A program made the position numbers and the translations under genes. Source: the human T2T-CHM13v2.0 reference genome, Homo sapiens. Taken from it: a DNA stretch of 64,000 nt. The notes under the pieces were generated by a model. It had not been told where the DNA came from. It did no database searches and saw nothing but the letters and a program-made list of their open reading frames with translations. Shown piece by piece: positions 1-15,836 of this stretch (positions are counted from its first letter, which is position 1; each line of letters begins with the position of its first letter). The DNA lies in the NCBI RefSeq assembly GCF_009914755.1, contig NC_060937.1; one strand, 5' to 3'.

Positions 1-250
1 CCTAGGACAATAAGACCTTCTTTGGAGTGGAATCTAGGTGGTGCATCTCTATGTCCACTATAGTCTACCCTCTGTGGTGTATCCATCACACAAGACCTTT
101 TATGCTGCTCAAATCCACTTCTTCATGTAATTCAAGCAGTAGCTCCTTCAGGACTCTGGTGGACCTGAACTTAGAAGAGGAAGTTTAGTAGGAAGAACTG
201 TATCCCCCAACAGTGCAGATGGTGTTGGGCTGGAATTGGTATTCATTGTC

Positions 251-673
251 TGTGTTAGTCCATTTTTGCATTGCTGTAAAGAAATATCTGAGGGTGGGTA
301 ACTTATGAAGAAAAGAGGTTTAATTTGCTCACAGTTCTGCAGGTTAGACAAGATGTGTGGTACTGGCATCTGCTTCTGATGAGGCCTCATGAAGCTTACA
401 ATCATGGCGGAAGGCAAAGGGGGAGCAGGTGCATCAAATGGCAAGAGCAGAAGCAAGAGAAAGAGATGGGGGAGGTGTCACATTTTTTTAAACAACCAGA
501 TCTCACATGAACTATCAGAGTGAGAACTCACTTGTTACTGTAGGGGCAGCACCAAGACATTCACAAGGGATCCACCACCATGACCCAAACACCTCCTACT
601 AAGCCTTATCTCCAGCACTGGGAATTACACTTCAACATGAGATTTGGAGGGGACACACATCCAAACCATATCA
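251..673 (-). mobile_element. MST-family (MSTB-like) ERVL-MaLR solo LTR
   Basis: Starts TGTGTTAGTCC and ends CCAAACCATATCA (reverse complement of MST termini); 5-bp TSD TTGTC at 246-250 and 674-678. Confidence 0.92.
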
Positions 674-919
674 TTGTCTCTTCAACCTCCACTTCCTACC
701 CCTACTCTCTATTCCAGATTTCCTTCAGTCTCAGCTTATCTTTATAGCTAATCCTGAGGGGTCTGAGATCCTAAATTCCTTGCTGTTTTCAAGCCCAGGT
801 TTCCATGCCTGTCACAATGTGGTCACAAAACGTTGGTCAACCCCAGGGAAACTTCTAAGCAAATAAGTCTTATCAGAGTTGCTGCAGTCAACTGATCAGA
901 GTTGCTGCAGTCACTCTGA

Positions 920-1631
920 GCCACTGCTCAGAGCCGATTTACTGAGACAGCAGAACTGCAATAGTAAAAGAGTTTAATAAATGCAGGGCCAGCTGAACAG
1001 AAGACCACAGTTTGTTATTCAAATCAATTTCCCCAGATTTGGAGATTGGGGCTTTTAAAGGATAATTTGGTGGGTGGGGAACCTACAGAATGGAGAATGC
1101 TGATTGATTGGGTCAGGGATAAATCACAGGGGGTCAAAGTGGGATCTTCCTTCTGTCTTCAGTTCCTGGGTGGGATTACAGGACTGGTGGAGCCAGTTTA
1201 TTGGTCGGGTGGCACCGGCTGGTCCAACAGAATGCAGGGTCTTAAGAATGTCTTGAACACCAACCTTAGGTTTTATCATAGTGATGTTATCCACAGGAGC
1301 AATTGCGGAGGTTACAAATCTTGTGGCCTCTGGCTGGATGACTCCTGAGCCATAATTTCTAATCTTGTGGTCAATTTATTGGTTTTACAAAGGCAGTTTT
1401 GGTCCCCAAACAAAGATGGGATTTGTTTTAGGAAGGGGCTGTTATTATCTTTGTTTAAAAGTTAAACTCTTAATTCTTCCTATAGTTAGTTTGGCCTATG
1501 CCTAGGAATGAGTAAGGGCCACTTGGAGGTTAGAAGCAAGATGAAATTGATTAGGTCAGATTTGTTTCACTGTCATAATTTTCCTATGTCAGATTTTTCT
1601 TACAGTCATAATTTTTGCAAAGGCAGTTTCA
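920..1631 (-). mobile_element. LTR8-family (ERV1) LTR, 3' terminus missing
   Basis: Right end TTTGCAAAGGCAGTTTCA is the reverse complement of the LTR8 start TGAAACCGCCTTTGCAAA; the left end stops at GAGCCGATTTA without the terminal GTTACA. Confidence 0.85.
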
Positions 1632-1738
1632 TTGCCTTCCAGGATGATCAGTTATTGTATGTGAACTGCCTCAGGAAGGGCGTGCTCTTGAGCAAGATGG
1701 CTCTTTGATATTGAGGGAAATCACAAAGGGACTGAGAG

Positions 1739-1993
1739 AGAGGATGAGACCAGAGGACTACTTGAGCCCAGGAGTTCGAGACCAGTCTGGGCAACATAGT
1801 GAGACCTCATCTGTATAAGAAATAAAAAAATTTGGCCAGGCGTGGTGGCACACGCCAGTAGTCTCATCTATTCAGGAAGCTGAGTGGGGAGGATCATTTG
1901 AGCTCAGAAGTTCAAGGCTGCAGTGAGCCGAGATCACGCCACTTCACTCCAGCCTGGATGACAGAGTGAGACCCTGTCTCAAAAAGAAAAATA
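1739..1993 (+). mobile_element. AluJ, 5'-truncated
   Basis: CTTGAGCCCAGGAGTTCGAGACCAG, J-type GTTCAAGGCTGCAGTGAGC, A-tail. Confidence 0.9.
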
Positions 1994-2019
1994 AGTTAAT
2001 AATAAAAGAGAAAATAGGA

Positions 2020-2190
2020 CATATTGAAACTTGTGGGAAACAGCTAAAGAGGCAAATGTATAGCTATAACTGCATATACTAGAAAGGAAAAAAGAATAAA
2101 ATTAATGATTTAAATATTCATCTCAACAAATTAGAAAAAAATTAGGAAAGTAAATCCAATTAAAATAGAAAAAATAGTAAATATAACAGA
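2020..2190 (+). mobile_element. Old L1 ORF2 fragment
   Basis: AACTTGTGGGAAACAGCTAAAG...CTCAACAAATTAGAAAAA resembles L1 ORF2 just after the endonuclease domain. Confidence 0.65.
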
Positions 2191-2194
2191 ATTT

Positions 2195-4160
<1,966 letters not shown>

Positions 4161-4944
4161 CAGACTAAGCTTGTGGAAGAATTGTTCTGCAATTCTGCAC
4201 TAACATCAGGAACAGGCAATCTTGTAGGCTTTCTTCAGTGAGAGAAAGGTACTCAGTTTCATGTTATACTCCCAGTGACTTTCACAACTCTTGATGCATG
4301 AAAGTGCTCGGAAATTTTTTCAACGAATAAAAATGTGCAAGAGAAGCATGACCTAACCCATATTCAGAAGCAGGTTTTGATCTGAAGAAACAGCCAAGGT
4401 TTAGTCAAGAATTCCTTAATGCTTAGTTTAATACCAAGATATTTCATAGAATCTTTCTTCACATCTTGAATTCTCTTATCCTTTTCTGCCCGAAAAATAT
4501 TTGAAATTCCTCAAATACAATTTATCCTTTAATCTTATATTGTATTAATAGTGCATTTGATGTTATAAGCTGGGAAATATATTGGGCATATTAGCATAAG
4601 GTGAGTTCTAGAAGACAGGCTCTGTCATATGTCTGCTACGTTCTTCAAGATATCTCAAGCAGTGCTAAACACATCGATGGTGTGTGACACTTCCTTTAAG
4701 ATATAATACAGTCAATATTGAAATTTTATATTCTAAGAGTGAAGGGCTAAAAATATGTATTTTATGCATATTTTAATAAAAATCATTTTGGTGTATTTAA
4801 AAAGTTTTAGGAAATAGGCTGCATACAAAGCATTGTTTTTTATGTTCATAAGTAAGCATCCAAATACACCATCAGTGTCATTCATGGCTGCCACCATGGC
4901 CTGGTGAGAGGGTGGCAAAATCATAGTGACAAAAAGCAAGAAGA

Positions 4945-5135
4945 GCTGTTTATTGCAAGCTTGATATGCACCCAATACCATGGTAATTATTTTATAGAGA
5001 TGGTCTCATTAGTCCTTATAATAACTCAATTCAGAGGTGCTATGGTAGTCCCAATTTTTAGATGAGGACACTGAAGCAGAGAAAGATTAAGTCACTATCC
5101 AAGGTTATAGAGCTAGGAAGAGGAGGAACTAGGTC
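4945..5135 (-). mobile_element. MIR
   Basis: MIR core CCCAATTTTTAGATGAGGACACTGAAGCAGAGAAAGATTAAGTCACTATCCAAGGT. Confidence 0.85.
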
Positions 5136-6419
5136 AGTGATTGTGGTAGGATGTGACCTAGGAAAATATGTTACTCTGTTCAACTCTCCATTTCAAATTC
5201 TCCAGTCAATCCCTGATCCTGGTAATGAAGGAGAAAGAGAGATGTATGACTCACTTGACTGCTTCATTGCCATTAGCATAGAAACACTGAAAGGGGTGGA
5301 GTGCTTATTTGAAAGTTTCCTTTCGCCTTAGGTGTATATAATTAAGCAGCGGTTGGTTTTTCCTACAGTAAGCATCAGTTGGCTGAACAATTTGTTTCTT
5401 TCATATTATGGTTTCCCTTCTTTCTTCATTTTCCACTGGAAAATTCTGTTAAACTCAAGAAATATGTAACCTAATGTTGAAAGTGTCAGAGAAGCACACT
5501 TAAAGTATTAAATGAGATAAAAGTGTTGTTCTATAGAAACAGACCAAAACATTAGGCTGTTATTTTTCCAAACCTTTAGTGGGGAAGAATAAGTGCTAAG
5601 TGGATATCCTCAAAGTCGAGAAAGTGACAAAGATTATTTTTTGGATGAACAAAGATATGTGAAAGTGCTAGAGAAGAGCAGTAAAAGTATTAAATGCAAA
5701 ACACTAAAAGTATTAAAATATTGTATAAGGAGTTGCAGAGAAGTGCTGTGACATGGATGAACCAAACTACAGGATGAAAGGCCAGGAGAGAGGGTTTCCT
5801 GAATGGATCTTTTGCTAATGGTGAAAACGGACTAGCATGTGTGCCCCATGCCAAGGAGAGAGAAGAAAGAAAAAGTAATGGTGGGATAATGTAATTTTTC
5901 TCTCATTAATATCTCTTTTGATCTGTAAATAATACATTCCTCCACATTCTATATTAAACCCAGAAATAAAATCACAATGTTAATTAAAGAGAAAGTGAGG
6001 AGAATAATTTCTAACATGTTGAAGGCACAGAATAAACTTTAGAGAATTATTAATATGTCATGAATTTTTCTCTCTTTCTACCAGAAGGCATCCCAAGAAT
6101 TATGTGTCCCAGACAAATGACTGTTTACGTTTCTGAGCCTTTATGTTAAAATCTGGTGATTGTGGAGCATAAAATATTTGAAATTGTTCAATCTGTGATG
6201 TTAAATATCTTAAGTATATAATTTATAAAATAAAATAAATCACTGAATCAAAAGAATCATTAAACATATAGAAAAATTATTTTAAAAATTTTGAATAAAT
6301 AAAATAATGTGTATAACTATAATAAATACTAGATCATATCCTAAAGGTGGCAAAATACCAAAAAAATTTTATATTAATACCAAATTTTTTATTTGACATA
6401 ATTGTTTCAATGATGAATA

Positions 6420-7170
<751 letters not shown>

Positions 7171-7532
7171 CATTCTCAAATATGCAGCGTTTCTAGACTC
7201 GTATGTATTCTGGTTGCCCTTTCAGAGGTGAATTTTAGTTTTTAGTTGTTTTATCCTAATGAACACAGTACTCTGGGATGTGTAAAAATGTTATATGCTT
7301 TGATTTTCAACATCACCTAAGATAGCGGCTGTTTCAGAGTTCACATCTTCACCATGGGTTATAGTTAAGAGTAGGTAAAAAGCTGTTCTGTGCCATTCTG
7401 GCCTCCTTATTTTGTGACACACAAGAAGTACAGCATGCTTTTAGGTCACCTAACACATTTTTGAATAAAATCTGAAACGATTTGAGTTGATACTTCTAAG
7501 ATTTAATAAAATTAAATATTTCATCAATATCA

Positions 7533-7757
7533 TCATTGTAATTGCCTGCTATGTTATAGTCACTGTGCTAAGTGCTTTACACACATTATGTCTGTTAATA
7601 CTCTCAATAATCCTGTAAGGTAGATATTTTTGTGTCCATGTTAGAGTGTGAATATTGATGCTGAGAGATTTAAGCAACTTACCCCAAATCTCAAAAGTGG
7701 TAGCAGAGTTGAACTTTTAAGTTCAATTCAAAATCTGCTTTTAATTACTATGCTGTA
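7533..7757 (-). mobile_element. MIR
   Basis: CACTGTGCTAAGTGCTTTAC...AATCCTGTAAGGTAGAT...GAGAGATTTAAGCAACTTACCC. Confidence 0.85.
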
Positions 7758-7809
7758 TTGATTCTAGCCCTCTGCTGCTGCTTCTAAAATTAACATTGAT
7801 TAAAAAAGA

Positions 7810-7894
7810 GTATATATATATATACACATATACCTATATATATATATACCTATATATATATACCTATATATATATACCTATATATATATATACC

Positions 7895-7926
<32 letters not shown>

Positions 7927-7932
7927 TATATA
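7810..7932. repeat. Compound (TA)n / (TATATATATACC)n / (CA)n microsatellite
   Basis: Directly visible. Confidence 0.97.
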
Positions 7933-8893
7933 CTGAATATATACATATGTTACTACTCTACTGTTTATACACACACAGTATATATCATCACAGTATAAAT
8001 TTTTTTCTGGGTATCTGAATTATTGTTAAAACTGTCTTTGAATATGTTTATAAGGCCATTTTATAAGTTTCAGAGATAAAATCTTTTAGATTTTCAGTTA
8101 TTACCCATGGATTTTTGGGCTTTGTGAAAATATATAGTACAGAAAATTTCTGCAGGTCCAGCAGAAATCAACTTTATGGGGATAGACTGGGTATAAAAAT
8201 TAATGGAGAGTATAAAGCCACTGCAGACTTCTTGGATTACTAGTAGATTCGAAAATGAACAAGTATTTGCATGAGCAGTAGTTTGACTGCTTATTATACT
8301 TTGCTCTTTTCTCTGGTCACATTACATGATGTAACCCGATGAATCAGAAATTGGATCTGCATGGGGGATGTGGGTGACCACAATTTCCTACTAGTCATTG
8401 CTTCTACAGACATTCCCAAATCCCCTGAAGTCATTTTGGAAATCAACCAAAGCTCCAGATTTGTTAGGGACATTTGCTAAAATGCTTACAGGTAGAGCAG
8501 ATAGTGCTGATCTGATGCCTGTTCCAGAAACATCTGTGCCTGACCTTCAAGTAATCTTTCTAGATTTAAGCCCTTTGTTTTATATAATCCTGCTCACTGT
8601 CTTCACCTCAAAAATGCACCATGTCCCCATTGTGTCAGTGTTTGTTTTCAGGAGTCTTTGTGTTCATCATAAATTCTGCTCTCTATGTCTCTAGTAACTG
8701 GTCTTCATCCACGTTTTCTGTTCTCTGCAGGCTTGTATTTATAAAACAGAACTGAACTAGCTGGTAGCATTTACTCTGGAATGAAGGATGGAACTGGTAA
8801 GTCCACTCTCCCCTACTCTTACAATGCACTGTAGTTCTTCTTAAAATTTTGGGTTTATTAGTTAGACCAGTTTTTGATTTAGCCCTAAAGAAA

Positions 8894-9162
8894 TTTGGGA
8901 GGCTGAGGCGAGTGGATCACGAGGTCAGGAGTTCAAGATCAGCTTGGCCAAAAAAGTGAAACTCTGTCTTCACTAAAAATAAAAAAATTAGCTGGGCATG
9001 GTGGCGGGTGCCTGTAATCCCAGCTACTCGGAAGACTGAGGCAGGGAATTGGTTGAACCTGGGAGGCAGAGGTTGCGGTGAGCCGAGATCGCACCACTGC
9101 ACTCCAGCCTGGGCAACAGAATGAGACTCTGTCTCAAAAAAAAAAAAAAAAAAAAAAAAAAA
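8894..9162 (+). mobile_element. AluS (Sg-like), 5'-truncated, long pure A-tail
   Basis: GGATCACGAGGTCAGGAGTTC...; A run at 9136-9162. Confidence 0.92.
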
Positions 9163-9169
9163 GATAGTA

Positions 9170-9288
9170 TCTTAGCCTCCTTCCAAACAAACAGAATCAG
9201 AATGTCTGGGAGTAGGGCTCAAAAATCTGCATTTTAAGTGTTTCCCTGGTGACCTGATGTACATGATAATTTATAAACTTCTACCTTG
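9170..9288. mobile_element. MER5-type hAT-Charlie MITE fragment
   Basis: GAATCAGAATGTCTGGGAGTAGGGCTCAAAAATCTGCATTTTAAG...CCCTGGTGA. Confidence 0.75.
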
Positions 9289-10084
9289 GAGGACTAAGCA
9301 CCTTGTGTCAAGGTGTTTGACTTTCTTCTTTCTCCTTTTGTATGAATTTTTTTTCCTTTTCCTTATCTCCTTCTTTCCTCTCCCCAAATGTAAAATGAAC
9401 GTTGGGACAAATTTGTGATCCGTAGGGAATTTCAAGTTCTATTCTGCAGGTGTCTTTTGACATTCACTATGTCTGGGTTTTGGGGCTGATCATATATATC
9501 GGGGACCCTTAAATTATTTGACCGTCTGGGCACTGCCAGGTTTCTCTTATCACTAAGAATCTCCCATTATAGGCTTCCCAATCCTTTCTCTCAGACGGAT
9601 ATTAAAAAACAAATGTCATATCTTTGGGTTACATGGTGGCTTTTACAGTTGTCCAGTTACAGAGTGTGTGGCAGTCATAAGGTTCTAGAAATGTTTAATA
9701 CCGTAACACATAACAAAATTATAGTTAAATAATACTTTATATTAAATACCATCTGCTATGGTGAAGAACCCGATTCTTGGATTATGGCATTTTGATAGTA
9801 GAATGCTTCATTTAGATTCTTGTGGTTTGAAGTGTAAAGGTGAAAAAAAGGGGAAAATACAGTAATTGTCAATACATTTCTGTTAAGATGAGTCCTTGTT
9901 ACATAGGAAAGAAGAAATGGTCCAGGAAGTTATTCTCAAAGTAAGATGTTCATATTTTCTCACAACGCTTAGTAACAACATGCACACATTGATGTCTAAG
10001 TCTAGGCCTACACAAATAATTGTGAGTGTGTTGGCTGGATCTGACATAATATGGTATCTGTTTCCATGAGACAATTGCCATAAA

Positions 10085-10485
10085 TATTGGCCTATTAGTC
10101 AATCACATTCTCCAGACTATGATCGTTGGCTCAGAATGCATCTATTAATAAGACCAAAGCAGCTACAATCAGAATGAATCTCAGGGCTCTTGAGGAACCT
10201 ATTGGAAAAGTGGCTCTCTTTTGCTGTTCCTGAAATTTTGATGATATGAGGCTACAGCTACTATAGCTATCTCGTCTCTATGAGGTGAGAGCTAGTTGGA
10301 TAATGCCATCATTTCAGAGAAGGAGAGCCAGAGGACGGAGACAAAGAAAAAAGTTTGGGGTGACATCATTTAAACTTCTCTATCAAACATCACTTGGCGT
10401 TAAATGTATGTTTAAATTTTTTTCAGTTGTATGAGCCGTTACATTTCCCCCACCTTTTTTTTTTTTTTTTTTTTTGGCTTAAGCC

Positions 10486-10529
<44 letters not shown>

Positions 10530-10562
10530 AACTTACAACTAAAAAAGTGTCCTAACCAATAT
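10085..10562 (+). mobile_element. MLT1K/L-like MaLR LTR containing poly-T and (TG)n tracts
   Basis: GGTGACATCATTT...TTTTCAGTTGTATGAGCC...GCTTAAGCCA...ACTTACAACTAAAAAAGTGTCCTAACCAATA. Confidence 0.65.
10493..10527. repeat. (TG)n microsatellite
   Basis: Directly visible. Confidence 0.97.
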
Positions 10563-10619
10563 GTCTTCATACAATGCTGATCACCCTTTCTTATTTTTGC
10601 TTATGTAAGATCTGACCTG

Positions 10620-10740
10620 ACTCCCTTGCTAGACTGTAATCTCCATGAGAGCCATGTCTGTCTTACCTGCTGTTGTGATAGATGAAGATCTACCACAATG
10701 TTAGCACAGAGTAGGTATGCAATAAACATTTTTGAACAAG
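10620..10740 (+). mobile_element. L2 3' end
   Basis: CTAGACTGTAATCTCCATGAG...AGCACAGAGTAGGTATGCAATAAACATTTTTGAA. Confidence 0.75.
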
Positions 10741-11610
10741 AAATATATAATTTATTACACTTAATGAATTTAATGTTACAGCATTTTTGTTATAAATTAT
10801 TTGTTTATTTCCATATTTTTAAAGAAAAAACATCCTACATTCCAGATCCACTTTCCTTATTTCCTGGGCTGATCTTAAGATACATCTTGCCATATACATT
10901 GTTTTCTCTTGTACCTTACTCTGGCATTAAAATGAATTAAAACAATTTTTTTTTGTCTGCTGATTTTTACCAGTTACTCCTGTTTTTTTAGCCATTCCTT
11001 TGTCTGTGTTCACACATTATTTTATTGGTACTCCAATTACAGCAGATTTTACAGCATATTATAACTAATAGTTCATTATTTTCTCTGTTCCTCAAACTGT
11101 ATTGTTTGAAAACAACCAAGTCTCTTTTTACCTTTATATTGCCAGTGACTATTACAGTGCTTTATATTTGTGTTTCAAAAATGGAAAAGCTTGCAGACAT
11201 TTTTCCTTAATTTTTTGTTTTACTATTGCCAGTGTTTTATGCTATAATAAAAATAACTGAATATTCCAATATTTTTCTTATTCTCATTTGAGGGTTGTTA
11301 TTTATACTTATATGCCACCAGTTGGCATATTTTGTATGCACTCCAAAAAGCACCTCAGGGATGGCCAAAATACTGTGAAGGGAGGCTTGAAAAAATTAGA
11401 TTTTGGCAATAATCATCCATAAGCACGGATTTTGAAAATCATCTGGAAATGATAATTATCCCAGGTAAAAAATGAAAATAGAAAATTCAAGAACTGAACT
11501 GTGAAAGCAGAGACCCATGAAGAATGCTCACAGTGAGGAGAGAGCATTTGTGTTAAAGATGTTTTGGATTACTTGGACTTTCATAAAGAATTTATGGACA
11601 GCGAGGTGCT

Positions 11611-12192
11611 AGTGGCGGTCACTGTTGCCTATTGACCTATTGCCTATTGCCCCAATCCTTCTTTCTTGACAAAACCCACATTGGTTTAGGTATTGGGCAG
11701 ATAGTAATGTTCTCAGGAAGGTAATTTCCTTTTTCATCAGTAGATGATATTATTTTTCTCTGTCAATGATGTTCTAATTGCCAATGACATTTTAATGATG
11801 AGCATTTGACCAATTCTTATTAATGAGATATAAGTCTATCTGGGTATCTAGGGATTATGGGAAACATTTTCTCTCTATATATTATAATACACACACATAT
11901 GGAGAGTGCTATGAAAGGAGAGCACTCTGGCTACTTGTTGCCTTTTGTTTTTGGATGCAATTATAACATCTGGCTCTACAGCAGCCATCTTATGCTCATG
12001 AGGAGACAAATCTAAGGATAAGGAGTCAAAATATTCAGGATGGTGAAGCAAAGTACAGAAGGAGCCTAGGTTTACTGATGGCATTGTTCAATGGTTGAAT
12101 CAACACTGATACTGCCTACTTCTGGACTTGTCAAATGTCTGATCTAAGTCATTAAGATTTCTGTCACTTGTAAACACACTCTAATAGATACA
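11611..12192 (+). mobile_element. LTR33-family ERVL LTR
   Basis: Start GTGGCGGTCACTGTTG...CTTCTTTCTTGACAAAACCC; GCAGCCATCTTATGCTCATGAGG; ends CTAATAGATACA. Confidence 0.7.
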
Positions 12193-12541
12193 CTGCCATA
12201 GTTAAGGCAAAGAGCAAAAAGGTGGGGATGTCTTCTTCAGATGTCTGCCTCACTTTGTGGTGTGCAATTGTGTGAGACTCTGGATTACAGAGATTTGTTA
12301 CAACAGATACTATGCAATTCTAGAATTTTGTGGAAAAGTAACTTGGCATGTCACATTGGTTTTGATTGCTCCATTTCATCTTAAGCACTTCTACCAAGTT
12401 TAGTGTAATATGAGGCATTTAAAAGTTGTCTGTAGGTTAACAGAATTTGAATGAATACTTTTCTAGTAAAATATGATGGCTGCCTAAGCCCAGCCTTTTG
12501 ATATGTATAAACTGAAAAAGGAAAAGAAATCCATACTTTAT

Positions 12542-12581
12542 GGTAACCATACCTGCCTTGCGGTAACCATACCTGCCTTGC
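12542..12581. repeat. Perfect 20-bp tandem duplication
   Basis: GGTAACCATACCTGCCTTGC x2. Confidence 0.97.
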
Positions 12582-13056
12582 CTGACACTATTTATTATCC
12601 CTGTGGTTCAAGAGATTAAAACTCCCTGGCCTCCAGTGATTTGTCATTGGGAGAATCCAGGCATAAGGGCATATGATCTCCCTGAATTAACACCATCCTG
12701 CTTAACATGGAGCCACCTATTCAGAATAATCAGTATTGTTTACATTTTGACTAATTTGCCTCCCTCATATACCTTTGTCAGCAAGATATCACACAATGAC
12801 AACTGCAATGAATTCAGAAAATATAAACACTTCAGAGAAAGATTATGGTGACTATCTATGTATGTAAGAAAAATGAAATTGTGTTTGTACATTTGAAATG
12901 TGAAAACATGGAATATGTAAATGTCCAAAAATGTTGGAGTTTTATAAAGGCTATTTGAAGTTTAGTGATACAATAAATTTCTGATCAGCTTGGAGATTTC
13001 CCTGCTGCCTCTCTTTAGAATATAAAAATACTTGTCACCCGTTGTGCTCTGGAGCC

Positions 13057-13534
13057 TGTAATGGTTAATTATATGTGGCAAAATGGCTAGATTATGGTGA
13101 CCAGTTGTTTGGTCAAATACCAGTATAGATATTACTGTGAAGGTATATATTTTAGCCATGATTAGCGTTTAAATCAATAGGCTTTGACTAAAGCAGATTA
13201 TTCTCCATAATGTGTGTGGGGGGGCTCATCCAATTAGTTGAAGGCCTTAAGAGCAAGCATGGTGATTTCCTGAAGAAAGAGGAATTCTTTTCAAGACTAT
13301 CACAACATGGAAACCCTACCTATTTTTTCAGCCTCTTGCCCTGCTGAATTCAGACTCAAGACTGGAACAACAACTCTTATCTGAATTTTCAACATGCTTG
13401 AAATCTAGATTTCAGATTTGTCAGCTCCCCACATTGTCTGAACCAATTCTTTAAAATAAATCTCTCTCTATCTCTACCTAAAAGATATATGTACATATCT
13501 TATTGGTTCTGTTTCTCTGGAGAATCCTAATACA
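13057..13534 (+). mobile_element. MLT2B-like ERVL solo LTR
   Basis: TGTAATGGTTAATTATATGTG...GGGCTCATCCAATTAGTTGAAGGCC...TGGTTCTGTTTCTCTGGAGAATCCTAATACA. Confidence 0.9.
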
Positions 13535-15451
13535 GGGGGCCTCAGTTCAAATTCCAAGACAATAGCATAAGTCCCTTTGAATTACCTATTACACAAATTA
13601 AGATCAAATTTGATTAATTCTGAAAATTTTTAATACCTCTCAGGAGATGTTTCTTGTAACATCTAGTCACACACACACATACACACACACATGTTTAAAG
13701 AGAGAGAACCCTCCAGTCCCCTGCAATAAGTCACAACAGATTACAAGATGAACATTAAATATTAGGGAAAAACAGAAATAGGCAAATATTAGAAGAGAAG
13801 CTAAAAAAAAGGATTTTTACAAATTTGGAACCTTTCCCTGGTGGCAATTGGCTGTAGCCATAGAAAATAATAGACTGTTGCTCTACACATTATCAGAAAG
13901 TCCTTACCCCGAAATGTTACCAATCTAAGAGGATTTATAAAGTTAAATGTTGGTAATAACTGTACAAGATTACAGAAAAAGAGAGATGTTATAATAGTAA
14001 CTATAAGCAGACGGGATATGACCCTTGTGTATAAAAAGAACGTAAAGTAAAAATATATCATTGTAACTTCAGTATTACACAAGGAGGAGATAACTTGACC
14101 CACTGACATGAGGATCCTGTTTGGGTTGATATTTATACTCTTTTGAATGAGAAAAGGGAGAATCAAAAGATTACTATAGCTTGAGAAAAATATTCACTTG
14201 TTTGCCCTGAGTTGGTTATCATTAAGCAGAAGTCTGATTATGCATTAGATTTCCCAAATAACTTCATTTTAAGAAGAAGAAAGTTTGATTATCTGACTGA
14301 CACATATGGCTAGTCCAGTGGCTATCAACATTGCTTAAGTTATCACGAACCCATTTCTATGAGCCTAGTTTCCTTTATGTGAATTTGATATCTGGACCTG
14401 TGTGCCCTTGGAATATAGAGAAGATAGCTAACCTGAAAGACCATGCCAGCCTTGCATGAAACGTTAACTCAGCCATCTTGGAGATGACCAGCCTTGCACC
14501 AAGAAGGACCAGACTGCAGCTGTATCTTGAGGGGAGAGGCAACCCAGTCACCTAAAGACACCCCTTTGAACCAAGAGAGTTTCCTGATTGAATGGAGCTA
14601 CAGAATGATGCTTTCCTGCTGGGCTGTCTGGTGCTTCCTTCAGTTCACTTCCACTGATCTCCGAAGGTACAGGACAAGCTGTGGGGAAGCACCCAGGTGC
14701 ATGATTCTGGCTTTCAAAAAAGTTGGAACAAATCTAATTGCCTCTCAGCACAATTTAAATTCTAAGCCTGCAGGGTAGGCTCCTATCCATCTTTTTTGTT
14801 TGGCACATTGGGAGTATTCCACTAGGAATGCAATAGGAAGCACTTTATTCCACACACAGGTGTCTTGGTAGATGTAGGGGAAACATTAACATTTCTGTAG
14901 GACTAGTTAAAACTTGCTTTCCGAAATGAAATTCCACAGCAGCTTAGTCTCCCTTATGAACAAACCAACCACATGACTGCCAGAAATCAATGCACATTGA
15001 TTCTATCCAAATGTTTTCAGTGAGTCAGCGCTAGAATTCTTGCCAGTAGGTTTGTTGTGTTTTTTGGATAGCTTCTTATGCATTACCAAGAGTTCCAGTG
15101 TGGGTAATATATTTTATTTAATATTTCTCCTCTCAATGAAAAATAAAGCAAATATTTATATGGTTTTACCTAAATTTGACTTTCCACTAGCAAATCAGTG
15201 CTATAGCTTGTCTTTTATTGGTGAAAATTGACCTTTTAATTTTGCCAATACCACTATTTTTTTTGTCTGTCGAGTTTCTTACCTATCCAAAAGCATCTTC
15301 GAAGAAAACGTATTCATAATGTTGAAAATAAAAATTGGAATTTGTTGTCTACTTTACTGAGTTTTAGTAAAAGCTCAATTTCTCACATTGCCTGTTATAG
15401 CCTTTTATGGTAACAAACTCATGATGAAAACTTCCCCAGGAAAAACAACCT

Positions 15452-15836
15452 GGGAGAGGGTGCCAAGATGGCTGACTAGATGCAGCCAGAAAGAGACTCT
15501 CCCAGCAAGAGACCAGACTGTCAAAAAGACTGACACACTACTCTGAGCAGATCTTCAGGAGGAAGGCATTGAGAGTGGTCAAAGGGAGGATGCAGACCCC
15601 GGGCTGAAAGAGAGAGGAAACTAGCAACCCTGCATAGGACTGCTATGCATCAGGACTTGTACTTGACCCCCAGCGGCTCCAGGGGAAGGGGTGAGTTAGA
15701 TAGGTGAGAAGTGGCCCACTTTTATCATAGACCACCAGAATCCTAGCATCAGGAATGCCATGTCCCCCACAGACATTTGAGCTGACAGAGAGAGCTACTG
15801 GGAGAGGTGGCAGGGACAGGATTCCAGCCTGATTCC
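15452..15836 (+). mobile_element. L1PA15/16-type LINE-1, 5' end of the 5'UTR (segment A, sense)
   Basis: GGGAGAGGGTGCCAAGATGGCTGACTAGATGCAGC is a typical old L1PA 5' terminus. Confidence 0.85.
15464..15472 (+). promoter_or_regulatory. YY1 motif of the L1 internal promoter
   Basis: CAAGATGGC about 13 nt into the L1, the known position of the L1 YY1 site; activity not shown. Confidence 0.6.

Noticed and set aside
1-870. Possible ERVL internal sequence around the MST LTR, with an LTR16-like piece at 1632-1738
   Set aside because: The resemblance is too weak to call without a profile search
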